Shown: piece by piece, positions 28,998 through 39,330 of the stretch
Layout of the letters: every line of letters starts with the position of its first letter
Numbering within the stretch: position 1 is the first letter of the stretch
Program-made: the position numbers and the translations under genes
Source: an uncultured bacterium
GTDB lineage: Bacteria > Patescibacteriota > Minisyncoccia > Minisyncoccales > RBG-13-42-11
Length of the DNA stretch: 64,000 nucleotides
Assembly: GCA_963790795.1 (NCBI GenBank)
Contig: CAWBPO010000001.1
Span: 396,073 to 460,072 of the forward strand
Direction of reading: 5' to 3'
Notes under the pieces: model-generated
What the model was told of the DNA's origin: nothing
Databases searched by the model: none
Seen by the model: the letters and a program-made list of their open reading frames with translations, nothing else

Positions 28998-30065
28998 TTA
29001 TCCTAGTAATCTAATGGTCATCCCGACAATGGCTGCCACCACTCCGATAATCCAGAAGCGCATTGTTACTTTGTAGTGCGGCCAGCCTTTGGCTTCAAAA
29101 TGCTGGTGTATGGGAGAAGACAAGAATATCTTTTTATGCCTGAATTTCTTGGAAAGAAGTTGCAGAATGACAGAAGCTGATTCTATAACCAGCAAAAAGG
29201 CAATAATCGGCAGAACAAAAACAGAGTCAGTTAAAAAAGCGACAACAGTCAAAAGAGCGCATAGACCCATCATCCCGGTTTCTCCCATGTAAAATTTGGC
29301 AGGAGGAATGTTAAACCACAAAAAAGCAAGCAGTGCCCCTAAAATTACCGTGCAAAAAGCAGCGATATCAATTTGGCCTAAAAACAAAGAAATTCCGGCA
29401 AAAGCGGCAAAAATAAAAACAAAGGAGCCGGCAGCCAGACCGTCCAATCCGTCGATTACTCCTCCGGAATAAACAGCCATCATTACCAGGACGAAAACGG
29501 GAATATACCAGCCGTTGATTTCCAGATTACCTATTCCTGGGATGTGGATGCTTGTCCAGTCCAGCTTGAAATAAAACCATAAAGCTCCGACTAAACCGAT
29601 TAAAGCAATGATTAACAGCCGCTTTTTCAAGCTCAATCCGCCGCCAATATATTTCCCTTTGCCAAAAACTTGCAGCAAATCGTCTGTCAAACCCAATAAA
29701 GAAGCAGCCACCAAAGCAAAAAGAGGCAGCCAGGTCTGGTTTCTACTGAGGAAATTGAGCTTTTCCAACCACCAGATGTCAGTGAATTGAGAGATCAGCC
29801 AGAAAAAAAATATTATTATCAAAACAGTGCCCCAAATTAAAATTCCACCAGCTCTTGGGATGTTTGTCTCCCCTTCTTTGTGGAATTTTTGAAAGACAGT
29901 CACCTCGCCTCCGTCAATTGCTTTTTGCCTTACTTCTTTGCGCCAGAGTTTGTATTTGTATAAAAAATGAGTTAAAAGAGGAGTCAATAAAAAAGCAACA
30001 ATAAAACTGAAAGCTCCCAAAGTGAATATTTTAATGGCGTCTATTGCTGCTTCAGGTATATACAT
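28998..30065 (-). CDS. mraY: Phospho-N-acetylmuramoyl-pentapeptide transferase MraY
   Basis: 355 aa; polytopic; DDLLQV, VIDGLDGLAAG, SSPIHQHFE motifs. Confidence 0.95.
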   Translation of the reverse strand: MYIPEAAIDAIKIFTLGAFSFIVAFLLTPLLTHFLYKYKLWRKEVRQKAIDGGEVTVFQKFHKEGETNIPRAGGILIWGTVLIIIFFFWLISQFTDIWWLEKLNFLSRNQTWLPLFALVAASLLGLTDDLLQVFGKGKYIGGGLSLKKRLLIIALIGLVGALWFYFKLDWTSIHIPGIGNLEINGWYIPVFVLVMMAVYSGGVIDGLDGLAAGSFVFIFAAFAGISLFLGQIDIAAFCTVILGALLAFLWFNIPPAKFYMGETGMMGLCALLTVVAFLTDSVFVLPIIAFLLVIESASVILQLLSKKFRHKKIFLSSPIHQHFEAKGWPHYKVTMRFWIIGVVAAIVGMTIRLLG

Positions 30066-30077
30066 AGTAGAAATATC

Positions 30078-31046
30078 TTACCACTTATAAGCTTGATTCA
30101 GCCAGTCAACCAATCTTTTCATTTCGTCAAATCTGTCTTCTGTTCCTTTTGCTCCCAAAATTACATTAATTAAAGTTCCTTGGTCTCTGGTTGCTTTCAT
30201 CACTAAAACCAAACATCCTCCTGCTTTTTCCGTGTAGCCTGTTTTACCGCCGATTATCATATCCTGCCAAACGTTTGAATTGTCTATCAAGAATCTGTTG
30301 GTATTGACCAGTTCAGGCCCGTATAAGGAATATCTGGGGACTGAGAGTATTTCCCAAATCAAAGGTTTTTCCAATAGCTTTTTAGTAAGCTTCACTAAAT
30401 CATTAACAGTTGAATAATTAATTTCTGTTTTTGATTCTTCCGGATCAAGACCGCTCGGATTGTCAAAGAAAGTATCGTTAAGCCCTATTTTCTTTGCTTC
30501 TTCATTCATCAGTCCGACAAAATCTCTTTCTGTCATGTCCTGGTAATCATTAGCTAGAGCAAAAGCAGCTATATTACTTGATTCCATGAGCAAAGGATAA
30601 AGGAAATATTCTGTAGGGAAAGTTTTTCCTTCTTCTAGCTTTTTAATGCTTCCGTTCTGGTTGCTGGCTTCTTTGGAAATGGTAATTTCTGTTGAAAGGT
30701 CGTAATTTTCCAAAACAACCCAGGCAGTCATTAATTTGGTCAAACTGGCAATCGGCAGTTTCTCATCGGTGTCTTTTTCAAAAAGCTTTTTTTCTTCATT
30801 GCGGTTGTCAACTAAGACTGAAATTGCTGATTTTGCTTCTGTTTCCAAATCTGGTATTTCTTTATTTCTAACAGGTCTCATTTCCCGCAATTTTTCTTCC
30901 AAAGAGATTTGGGCGGCAAAAATCTTTGGATTGTTGCCCACTTGTTGCCAAAAGAAAAAATTGCTCAGGTTTTTATCCAAAACGTTTATTCCCCAACAAA
31001 TCGGCAAACTTAACACGAAAGCAGTAAAGAAAATTTTTAATCTCAT
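30078..31046 (-). CDS. D-alanyl-D-alanine carboxypeptidase (peptidase S11)
   Basis: 322 aa; signal/TM start; ASLTKLMT (SxxK), ESSN (SxN), GKTGYT (KTG). Confidence 0.8.
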   Translation of the reverse strand: MRLKIFFTAFVLSLPICWGINVLDKNLSNFFFWQQVGNNPKIFAAQISLEEKLREMRPVRNKEIPDLETEAKSAISVLVDNRNEEKKLFEKDTDEKLPIASLTKLMTAWVVLENYDLSTEITISKEASNQNGSIKKLEEGKTFPTEYFLYPLLMESSNIAAFALANDYQDMTERDFVGLMNEEAKKIGLNDTFFDNPSGLDPEESKTEINYSTVNDLVKLTKKLLEKPLIWEILSVPRYSLYGPELVNTNRFLIDNSNVWQDMIIGGKTGYTEKAGGCLVLVMKATRDQGTLINVILGAKGTEDRFDEMKRLVDWLNQAYKW

Positions 31047-32461
31047 TTTTGTTTTTCGCTTTTCGCTTTTCGTTTTGCGCTTATTTCAATATGCAGCTCT
31101 TTTAATTGAGCTTTTTCAACCTCAGAAGGAATATCCATCATTAAGTCCCGGTTGTCGCCTGTTTTCGGAAAAGCAATAACTTCTCTGATATTGGGTTCAT
31201 TGCACAAAATAGCGACAAATCTGTCTATTCCAGGAGCGATTCCACCGTGTGGAGGAACGCCGTACTCAAAAGCTTCAAGAAGATGACCGAATTTTTTCCT
31301 AATATTCTGTTTTTTGTGCCCCATTACTTCAAAAACCGCTTCCAGGGTTTCTGGTTTGTAAGATCTTAAAGAGCCGCCACCGATTTCCTGGCCGTTTAAA
31401 ACAAAATCATATTGGAAAGCTAAAATGTCTTTGGGATTTTTTTTCAATTCTTTTATATCTTCGGTTTGCGGACGGGTAAATGGATGATGGACCGCGTCCC
31501 ATCGTTTTTCCTCTTTTCTCCATTCAAACATCGGGAAATCAACAATAAAGGCAAAAGCAAGTTCGTTAGGATTCTTTTTGTCTTTTCTCAAATCGGGTTT
31601 GTCAGTGCCGTATTTTTCCATTACTTCTTTATAGTTTAAGCGGGGAAAAGGAATTTTTTGAATTGTTTTTTCCGGAGTAATTTTTTTTACCACTTCAACG
31701 TAAAGCTTTTCAATAAGGTTAAGAATGTCTTCCTGTCCGACAAAAGACATTTCCAAGTCCAGTTGGGTGAATTCTGCCTGTCTGTCAGCTCTCGGGTCTT
31801 CATCCCGGAAGCAGCGGGTAATTTGGAAATATTTTTCCAAGCCAGAAACCATTAAAAGCTGTTTGTATTGCTGAGGGCTTTGAGGTAAGGCATAGAAATT
31901 TCCAGGGTATAATCGGCTGGGCACAATGAAATCTCGCGCTCCTTCTGGCGTTGATTTTGTAAGAATCGGCGTTTCGACTTCAATAAACCCTTGCTTAGTT
32001 AAAAAATCCCTTATATGATTTATAATCTTATGTCTCAAAATAAGATTGTTTCTCATTTTCTCTCTTCTCAAATCCAAATAGCGGTATTTCATTCTGATAT
32101 CTTCTCCGACAGCTTCTTTTTTCTCGTCTATTTCAAAAGGCAGGGTTTTTGCCTTGCTGAGAACTTCCAATTTTTCAACCTGAAGCTCGATTTTTCCGGT
32201 TAACAACTTCGGGTTGACCATTTGTTTCGGTCTTTCTTGGATAGTTCCTTCAAGCGAAACAACCCATTCTGGCCTTAATTCCTGAGCTTTTTTGTAGATT
32301 TCACTATCTTTCGGAGTAAAAACAATTTGCAGAATTCCGGAAATATCCCTTAAATCAATAAAAATAATTTTGCCGTGGTTTCTCCTGGAATTGACCCAGC
32401 CTGCAACCTTAACTTTTTTGCCCACGTATTTAACTGTTTCTGCGTTTAATGTTCTTTGCAT
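31043..32461 (-). CDS. aspS: Aspartate--tRNA ligase, bacterial-type core without the GAD insertion domain
   Basis: 472 aa; FRDEDPRADRQAEFTQLDLEMSF motif 2; GGIAPGIDRFVAIL motif 3; KPDLRKDKK runs straight into FIVDFPMFEW. Confidence 0.92.
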   Translation of the reverse strand: MQRTLNAETVKYVGKKVKVAGWVNSRRNHGKIIFIDLRDISGILQIVFTPKDSEIYKKAQELRPEWVVSLEGTIQERPKQMVNPKLLTGKIELQVEKLEVLSKAKTLPFEIDEKKEAVGEDIRMKYRYLDLRREKMRNNLILRHKIINHIRDFLTKQGFIEVETPILTKSTPEGARDFIVPSRLYPGNFYALPQSPQQYKQLLMVSGLEKYFQITRCFRDEDPRADRQAEFTQLDLEMSFVGQEDILNLIEKLYVEVVKKITPEKTIQKIPFPRLNYKEVMEKYGTDKPDLRKDKKNPNELAFAFIVDFPMFEWRKEEKRWDAVHHPFTRPQTEDIKELKKNPKDILAFQYDFVLNGQEIGGGSLRSYKPETLEAVFEVMGHKKQNIRKKFGHLLEAFEYGVPPHGGIAPGIDRFVAILCNEPNIREVIAFPKTGDNRDLMMDIPSEVEKAQLKELHIEISAKRKAKSEKQK

Positions 32462-32463
32462 GA

Positions 32464-32832
32464 TTATTTAAGATAGTTTTTAATCTTATCAATGATTTCT
32501 TTTGGAGTGAAATTTGTTTTAATCAAATAATCTTTCACGCCCAATTCAAAGGCAGCTTTTTTGGTTTCAGGGCTGTCAAAATTGGAAAAAGCCACAACCG
32601 GCAAAGAATTAAATTCCGGTTTTTTTCTTAATTTAGTTAAAAACTTAATTCCATTTGCTTTTGGCAGCAAAATATCAAGAAGAATTAAATCCGGCTTTGT
32701 TTTTGAAAGAATCTTTATCCCTTCTTCTGTTGAATTGGCCAGAACAATGTCAAAGCCCGCCTGAACGAATTTATCATAGTACATTTCTCTTAAGATTCTT
32801 TCGTCTTCAATGATTAGTATTTTTTTAGCCAT
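32464..32832 (-). CDS. Stand-alone response regulator receiver domain (CheY-like)
   Basis: 122 aa; acidic pocket IIEDE, phospho-acceptor LILLDILLP, conserved K in DYLIKT. Confidence 0.85.
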   Translation of the reverse strand: MAKKILIIEDERILREMYYDKFVQAGFDIVLANSTEEGIKILSKTKPDLILLDILLPKANGIKFLTKLRKKPEFNSLPVVAFSNFDSPETKKAAFELGVKDYLIKTNFTPKEIIDKIKNYLK

Positions 32833-32836
32833 AGAT

Positions 32837-35057
32837 TTATTTTATTGGTAGTTCTATATAAAACGTTGAACCTTTATTTTTGCCTTTTGATTCAGCCCAA
32901 ATTTTCCCCTTATTTAGTTCAATGAACTTTTTGGTAACATAAAGGCCGAGCCCGGCTCCTTCTGTCCAAAGTTTGGCTCCTGCTTTTCCTCTGGAAAAGC
33001 TTTCAAAAAGGTAGGAAAGTTCAGTTTTTGTCTATTCCTTCGCCAGTATCTGCAATAAAATTTGTAGTTTGTTCCCTGATCCTGGATTTTTACAGTAATT
33101 CCGCCTTTTGCCGTATAGCGAATGGCATTATCTATAATATTGACAATCGCTTGTTCGTTCTATCTTTATCGGCAAAAGCTTTGGGCAGAGCTTTTTTGGT
33201 TTTTCAACTTTAAATATATATTCTTTTTTTCAGTCAGCCCTTTTAATTCTTCAATAATGCTGATTACCATTTCTTCCAGAGAAAAGGTTTCTTTCTAATT
33301 TCGATTTTCCCGGCGTCAATCTTGGAAACGTTCAAAAGGTCATTAACCAATTTGATCAATCTTTCATTGGAGGAAAATATTTTTTATAGGAACGTTAATT
33401 TCTTCTTTAATTTGCCGTAGGCTTTCTCCAAAATCATTGAAATATATCCTTTAATTGCTGTCAAAGGCGTTCTTAATTGGTGCGAGGCGATGGAAACAAA
33501 TTCTGATTTTGCTTTGTCCAATTTTTTAAGTTGTTCGTAAGCTTCTTTCAATTCTTTAGTTGCTTTTTCCACCTCTTTTTCAAGTTTTTTGCTGAATCCT
33601 TGAACTTCAGAATATAATTTTGCGTTTTGTAGCGCAATTGATGCCTGATTTGAAAGATTGACTAAAAGATCAATGTCTTGTTCGAAATAAGGATCCCCTG
33701 AAATTTTATTTCCCAAAACAATCATCCCCATAATTTTCCCCTCAATTAAGAGCGGTAAACATAATGCCGCTTCAATTTTTTTCATATTTACCTGTAAGTT
33801 TTCCAATTTTTCTTTTTCTTCTTTAATTTGAGTATCTTTAATGACTAATGATAGTTCTTCATAAATTAATGGTTTTTGATTCTTTTCTAAATAAATAGTA
33901 AGAAAATTATCTTTTACTAAGGAAATTCCGTTTTCTTCTCTAAAACCTATATTCTTTTGAATTTTATAATCGCCATTACCTTCTTTTCTTATAAGCACAA
34001 CTGTTCTGTCTAATTTCATAGTTTCGATTAAAGTATCGACAATTAAAGAAGAAAGCTTGTCTAAATCCAAATATTGAGTCAATCTTTTTCCCAAATCTGA
34101 TAAGACTTTTTGATAGGAATAAAAAGTATAATGAAAATATTTTGAAGCTATTTTTTCAAAAAAATTAAAAACTGGCCGAAAAAGAAGAATGCTGATGATT
34201 AATATTAACGAATTAATAATTGCCGAAGATAATGTTGAAAAAAAATGATTACTAACAAATAGTAATAAAAAAGCTGATATTAAAATAGTAATAATAGAAA
34301 AAAGATATACCACTCCTTTTCCCAAAACAAAACGAACATCCATCAAGCGGTAACGAGATATAGCATATCCTAAAATAAATGGATAAAGAGGAACGAGAAA
34401 AGTTCCGAAGGGAGTCAAATGAATGCCAAACCATAAAGGTATATTCGTTGCTCCACCGCCTATCCCTAAGAAGGTACCTATAATTGTATATTTAATTTGT
34501 TCCCTTTTATATCCTTCCGTTTTTTTGTATGTTTTTAATAAAAGATAAAAACCATAACCCATAAGTCCTATATAATTTAAAATTACATAGGGATAAAAAA
34601 AAAGAAGGCCAGCTTTTGGCCACCATAAAAAATTCAATTCTGGTTCTACAGTTTTAACGAATAAAGAAGTTGGTAAAAACACAAGAAACAATAAGCTCAT
34701 AAAATAACCAAAATATAACGTTTTCTTTTTTTCTGTTTTAAGATTAGTTAAAACTAAAATCCAATGATAAAAAAATATAGGAATAAAAATAACTCCAGCG
34801 CTTAATGCTTTGGTCCAAAATAAAGCAGTTGTTTTGTCGGTTGAAATCTGCCACATGCCATAACTGAATCCCCATAATATTATTGATACACTTAATAATC
34901 CAAAAATTTTATTGATTTCTCTTTTTCTATTTTTAAAATAAACAAAAAGCCCCAGAATAAGACTTATAATTCCACTTATAAACCCCGATAAAGCATATAT
35001 AGACATAAAATTATAAAATAAAACGCTCCTAGAGAAAGTATTATTAGATAATAACAC
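32837..35057 (-). pseudogene. Sensor histidine kinase (7TM + GAF + HisKA + HATPase_c) with a degraded 3' third
   Basis: N-terminal 557-aa ORF is intact through the H-box SHQLRTPLTAIKGY. In-frame TAA at 33384-33386. The HATPase_c sequence (IDNAIRYTAKGG, DTGEGI, GAGLGLYVTKKFIELNKGKIW) is readable only by switching frames at least 4 times between 32837 and 33300. Confidence 0.8.
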
Positions 35058-35080
35058 TTTTCTAGGAGCTAGACAATGGT

Positions 35081-35932
35081 TTACGCTTTTTTAATGGAGC
35101 TATTTACAAAGGTTTGGTGCCAGAAAACATAACTCCACTGAGGTTTGACTAACTCTGCTTCCTCTAGAATTTTGTTCCATTCGCCGGGATACAAATATGT
35201 GTAGAGACCTTCTTGGCCCTTCCGTTCAAGTTCCTTTCCATATTTTGAAAGTTCTTTAACTTTCGCAGGCAGGTCAGGAATCTTTCGCAAATTACACAAC
35301 ACGTCTGGAACAGCGCCAAGCACAATTATATTAATATTCATGTTTGGCTTTGGCGCTGACCAAACTATTTGTCCTCCGGGCTTTAGCACACGAGACAGTT
35401 CTTTGAAAAGCAATTTTATCCCCTCTTTTTCTGGTATTCCTTCAAATTCAAAGACATAAGAAAGGGCTATATTGCTTATGATCCCGTCAAATGTGCAGTC
35501 TGGGAAATCTAACCGTTCGCCCAAACTTCCCAGTTTTAATTCTAGAACGGGAATCTCTTTTCTCATCGCTTCAGCCCATGGCGACATAACAATATCTAAA
35601 CCAATGATTTTCTGGAGCTTTTTTCCAGACTTTTCCCACAAGAGTTTAGTCGTTATTCCCGGGCCAATTCCACCATCAAGCCAAATCTGATTTGGTTGCG
35701 GATTAGCAAATTTCGTTATTGTATCTAGCAATTGTCGATACGGACGGCCGATCGCCATAAGGGGGTATATCGGGATAATCCTTCGCCAGAACTCAAACTC
35801 TTTGGCTTGCAGAGAAAGCCTTTCTCGCGTTTTAGAATCCAATGTGTTACAAGAAAGGAAGTCGTTGATAGCTTCAAGAGTCATCCCGCCCTTTTCCCTT
35901 GCCCCTACTAGAGTATACAAACCGATTGCCAT
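35081..35932 (-). CDS. Class I SAM-dependent methyltransferase
   Basis: 283 aa; WLDGGIGPGITT (motif I-like), LKPGGQIVWS. Confidence 0.7.
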   Translation of the reverse strand: MAIGLYTLVGAREKGGMTLEAINDFLSCNTLDSKTRERLSLQAKEFEFWRRIIPIYPLMAIGRPYRQLLDTITKFANPQPNQIWLDGGIGPGITTKLLWEKSGKKLQKIIGLDIVMSPWAEAMRKEIPVLELKLGSLGERLDFPDCTFDGIISNIALSYVFEFEGIPEKEGIKLLFKELSRVLKPGGQIVWSAPKPNMNINIIVLGAVPDVLCNLRKIPDLPAKVKELSKYGKELERKGQEGLYTYLYPGEWNKILEEAELVKPQWSYVFWHQTFVNSSIKKA

Positions 35933-36104
35933 TTCTTTCTTTTGCCTCCCTTTTAATTTATTTTACTGAATAATGAAAAAACAGATAACTGCCTTTCATT
36001 TCAGTTGCTGATAATATTCTAATGAATTTATATATTTTGTCAACCGCCGTACAAAAAAAGCACTCTTTGGAATGCTTTTTTTGTTTAGCTTGTAAAAACG
36101 AAAT

Positions 36105-36257
36105 TTACATTGTCGGTGGTTCGGAAGGCGGTGGTGTCATTGGAGTTCTTGGTTCCTCCTGTTTTTTCGGTAGAGTTTCGCCCTTTTTCTTTTTTGACAT
36201 TAAAGCCCAAAGAAGTCCAATTGCCACAACTGCCACAATTACCCAAAATAATGTCAT
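36105..36257 (-). CDS. Possible small membrane protein with Pro-rich tail
   Basis: MTLFWVIVAVVAIGLLWALMSKKKK...; no clear RBS. Confidence 0.3.
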   Translation of the reverse strand: MTLFWVIVAVVAIGLLWALMSKKKKGETLPKKQEEPRTPMTPPPSEPPTM

Positions 36258-36341
36258 ATTAATATGCTCAATTATTTTTAAAATTATCGACCTTGAAAAC
36301 AATAACTTCTATATACATTTTTTCCTTATTAATCCTTTTTG

Positions 36342-37652
36342 TCAAGTTTTGAATTTTGAAGCCAACTGATATATGTCTCCAGCACCCATTATTATTAAAA
36401 CGTCAATTTCCTCAATATTGGCTTTAATATAATCAAACAGCTTTACTTTTGGCAGATAAACCACGTTTTTTCTTTTTATTTCTTTCACTAATTTTGCAGA
36501 AGAAACTTTCTTTTTGATGTTTTTCTCTTCCCTGCCTGCCACGTCAAAAACATCCGTAATAATTATCTTGTCCGCCGATGATTGCCTGAAAGCTTCTGTG
36601 AAATCTTTAAATAAATAATATGTTCTCTGATATTGGTGCGGCTGGAAAATGCACCAGATTTTGCTTTTCGGGAATTTCTCACGAGCTGCTTTTAATGTCG
36701 CTTTTATCTCGGTTGGATGGTGTGCATAGTCAGAGATAATTTTCAATTTACAATTTCCAATTTTCGAATTTTTTTCCTCAAAGCGCCGCCAAGACCCTTT
36801 ATACATTGAAAGGGCTTTAAAAGAGACTTTATCCGATATTTTCAAAACCCTGGCAACGGTCAAAGCGGCCAAAGCATTAGAAACATTGTGTTCTCCCGGC
36901 ACTTTGAGAATTTTCTTCAGCTTTTTCGCTTCGGGTTGCTTTAATGAATAATACTTTTTTGAGGCAAAACAAGCTATTTTTTTAATGTTTTTATCGTCTT
37001 TATTAGCAATGAGCAGTCCGTCTTTTGGCAAATGTAAAACATATTTTTTAAAAGCTTTAATAATGTTTCTAAGATTCTTGTAGTAATCCAGATGGTCTTT
37101 TTCAATATTTGTCAGAACTATTATTTTCGGCCAGTAATTCAAAAAAGAAGCAAAGTGTTCGTCAGCTTCAATAACCAGATATTTGCTTTTGCCGACCCGG
37201 CAATTGCCATTCTTGAATTCTTTCATTTTCGTGCCGACAATTATAGTCGGATCAAGACCAGCTTTAACCAATAACAACCCAATCATACAGGTAACGGTGC
37301 TTTTTCCGTGAGTTCCTGAAATGGCAATAGTATAATGTTGTTTCGTAAGTTCGCCCAGCGCCTGAGGATAACTCAAACATTTAATCCCCGCTCTTCTTGC
37401 GGCTTTTAATTCTAAATTGCTCTCTTTTACCGCTGGACTATACACCACCAAATCTATTTGTTGAGGATCGACCTCAACAGGCTTACCGATGCGTATTTTT
37501 GCGCGATTATTTTTTAGGGCGTCGGTAATCTCCGACCTAACTAAATCTGAACCGCTAACTTTGTGGCCTTTTTTCAAATAATATCTGGCTAGAGCGGAAA
37601 CACCGATTCCTCCGATGCCGATAAAATGGATTTTTAATTTTTTAGCGGGCAT
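36342..37652 (-). CDS. murC: UDP-N-acetylmuramate--L-alanine ligase MurC
   Basis: 436 aa; FIGIGGIGVSALA, ISGTHGKSTVTCM P-loop; contains palindrome copy c. Confidence 0.93.
   Translation of the reverse strand: MPAKKLKIHFIGIGGIGVSALARYYLKKGHKVSGSDLVRSEITDALKNNRAKIRIGKPVEVDPQQIDLVVYSPAVKESNLELKAARRAGIKCLSYPQALGELTKQHYTIAISGTHGKSTVTCMIGLLLVKAGLDPTIIVGTKMKEFKNGNCRVGKSKYLVIEADEHFASFLNYWPKIIVLTNIEKDHLDYYKNLRNIIKAFKKYVLHLPKDGLLIANKDDKNIKKIACFASKKYYSLKQPEAKKLKKILKVPGEHNVSNALAALTVARVLKISDKVSFKALSMYKGSWRRFEEKNSKIGNCKLKIISDYAHHPTEIKATLKAAREKFPKSKIWCIFQPHQYQRTYYLFKDFTEAFRQSSADKIIITDVFDVAGREEKNIKKKVSSAKLVKEIKRKNVVYLPKVKLFDYIKANIEEIDVLIIMGAGDIYQLASKFKT
37459..37479. repeat. Palindromic element copy c: TGTTGAGG-ATCGA-CCTCAACA, in frame inside murC (encodes VEVDPQQ on minus strand)
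   Basis: Read directly. Confidence 0.9.
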
Positions 37653-38201
37653 GATTCTAAAATATCATATTCTGGTCCTCCTTTTTTTAACTTGCTTTCC
37701 ATTACTTCAATGGAATTAACTTCAAAACTTAAACTGATTTCTTCATTAACTTCCGGCCTTTCCTCTAACTCCAATCGCCTGAATTCCCATGTTTTTATCC
37801 TTCCTAAATTAATGTGCGGGATGTACGGTCTAGCCTCGCTTTTTTCCGAGCCGCCGTAAAGTGAATTTTCAAGGTCTTTTTGCAAATCAGCCAATTCCTG
37901 GCTTTGCTTCCCCTTCCACCCAAACCATTCTGGGAGGCATCTTTTTCGGAGGACCGTAAATGATTTTGTTTAAGATTATTGAAAACGGTTTGTTTTTTGA
38001 AGAAATTTCTTTTGTCGCGTTGATAACTTCCAAAAGTTCTTCATCGTTCAAATAACCTAAGAAAACGAGAGTGATGTGCAGGTTTTCCTTTTTTGTCCAT
38101 CTAACAGGCAGATTTGGCCATTTTTCTTCGTATTCGGCCAGCTTTTTTTTAGTGTTTTCCGGCAGATTAACGGCGATAAAAATTCTGTGAGACATATTCA
38201 A
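37634..38201 (-). pseudogene. thpR: RNA 2',3'-cyclic phosphodiesterase / 2'-5' RNA ligase (ThpR/LigT, 2H family), frame interrupted once
   Basis: HITLVFLG and PHINLGR (two HxT/S-type motifs) lie in two overlapping ORFs; frames join at about 37896-37903 (...WVEGEAKP / ELADLQKDLEN...). Confidence 0.7.
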
Positions 38202-38302
38202 TAATCCATATTATCAGAATATGGCGAGGTTTACAATTTACTGAATTGTGATATATAGGAAACAGTTTTGCCACATATTAAATTAAGGAAAGGAGGTTTA
38301 AA

Positions 38303-39272
38303 GTGGCTCTTGATCTTTCACAAACTGTTTCTGAAGGATTAGCTTATTCAGCAGCTGAAAATACAGAGGAAGATTTGCATCTTACGCCGAGAAGAAACTG
38401 AGGCACTTATTAAAAGATACGGTATAGTGCTTCCGCCGACGCCTTTGCTCTCCCGGGAAGAGGAGCAGGATTTATTCCAGCAGCTGGAAAAACACCCAGA
38501 CGACGATTCAACCAGGAATAAAATCATAGAGTCAAACTTAAGACTGGTGCTTCACATTGCCTGGTTAAAGAAAAAGAAACTGCCGACCGGCATTCTGGAT
38601 GTGGACGATTTGTTCGGAGAAGGATATTTCGGCTTATTGCGGGCAATAGAGTATTTCGATTGGCGCCGTAATATAAGATTCTCCACTTACGCTTTCTGGT
38701 GGATAAATCAGACTATTTTCCGCGCCATTGAGAACTACGGAAACGTTGTCAGGATTCCCATTTATGTCCAAAAGACAATGAGGTATTACCGCAAGACTGA
38801 AAGCACTCTTAGCCAGGAATTGGGCAGATTTCCTTCTACTAAAGAGATTGCCGAGAGAATGGAGCTTTCTGCCGCCAGGTTGAATACATAAAGCAACTTC
38901 TTAATTTAAGGATAAGGATCTCTCTGGATAAACCATCAGAATGATGGCGATAATTCCGAAAGTAATGCCAGCTTGAAATTAGCTTCCATGAAGGCTGGCC
39001 GCGAAGATGATATCAATCCCGGATTTAGGGCCTTTATGAGGGAAGCCGTTTTAAACGCAGTAAACAGGTGCGTATCTTTATCTTTAAAGGAAAAAGAAGT
39101 AATACTGCTGCGCTACGGTCTGGATGATATAGGAAGGCCTCACACCCTTGAAGAGATCGGTAAGAAGTTTAATGTAACGCGGGAAAGAATCCGCCAAATA
39201 CAAGGTAGAGCCATAAGCAAGCTGAGAGCTGATCCAAATTTCGAAAAGTCGGTAAAGGACTTTGTCTTCTAG
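38303..39272 (+). pseudogene. Sigma-70-family RNA polymerase sigma factor (RpoD-like regions 2-4), at least 3 frame interruptions
   Basis: GTG 38303 with AGGAGG RBS. Region 2 (YFGLLRAIEYFDWRRNIRFSTYAFWWINQTI) and region 4 ([21 protein letters not shown]) are in different frames, with shifts near 38343-38399, 38878-38890 and 38930-38945. Confidence 0.75.
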
Positions 39273-39310
39273 GCGCCATCAACAGAAAACAGGTGGCGCC
39301 TTTCTATTTT
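39272..39310 (+). terminator. Terminator after sigma factor gene
   Basis: GGCGCCA...TGGCGCC stem followed by TTTCTATTTT. Confidence 0.55.
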
Positions 39311-39330
39311 AATGATAAAATATAGATAGT

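Noticed and set aside
36022-36369. 115-aa plus-strand ORF between the methyltransferase and murC
   Set aside because: It overlaps the murC 3' end and the more plausible small minus-strand membrane ORF, and shows no coding-like features.
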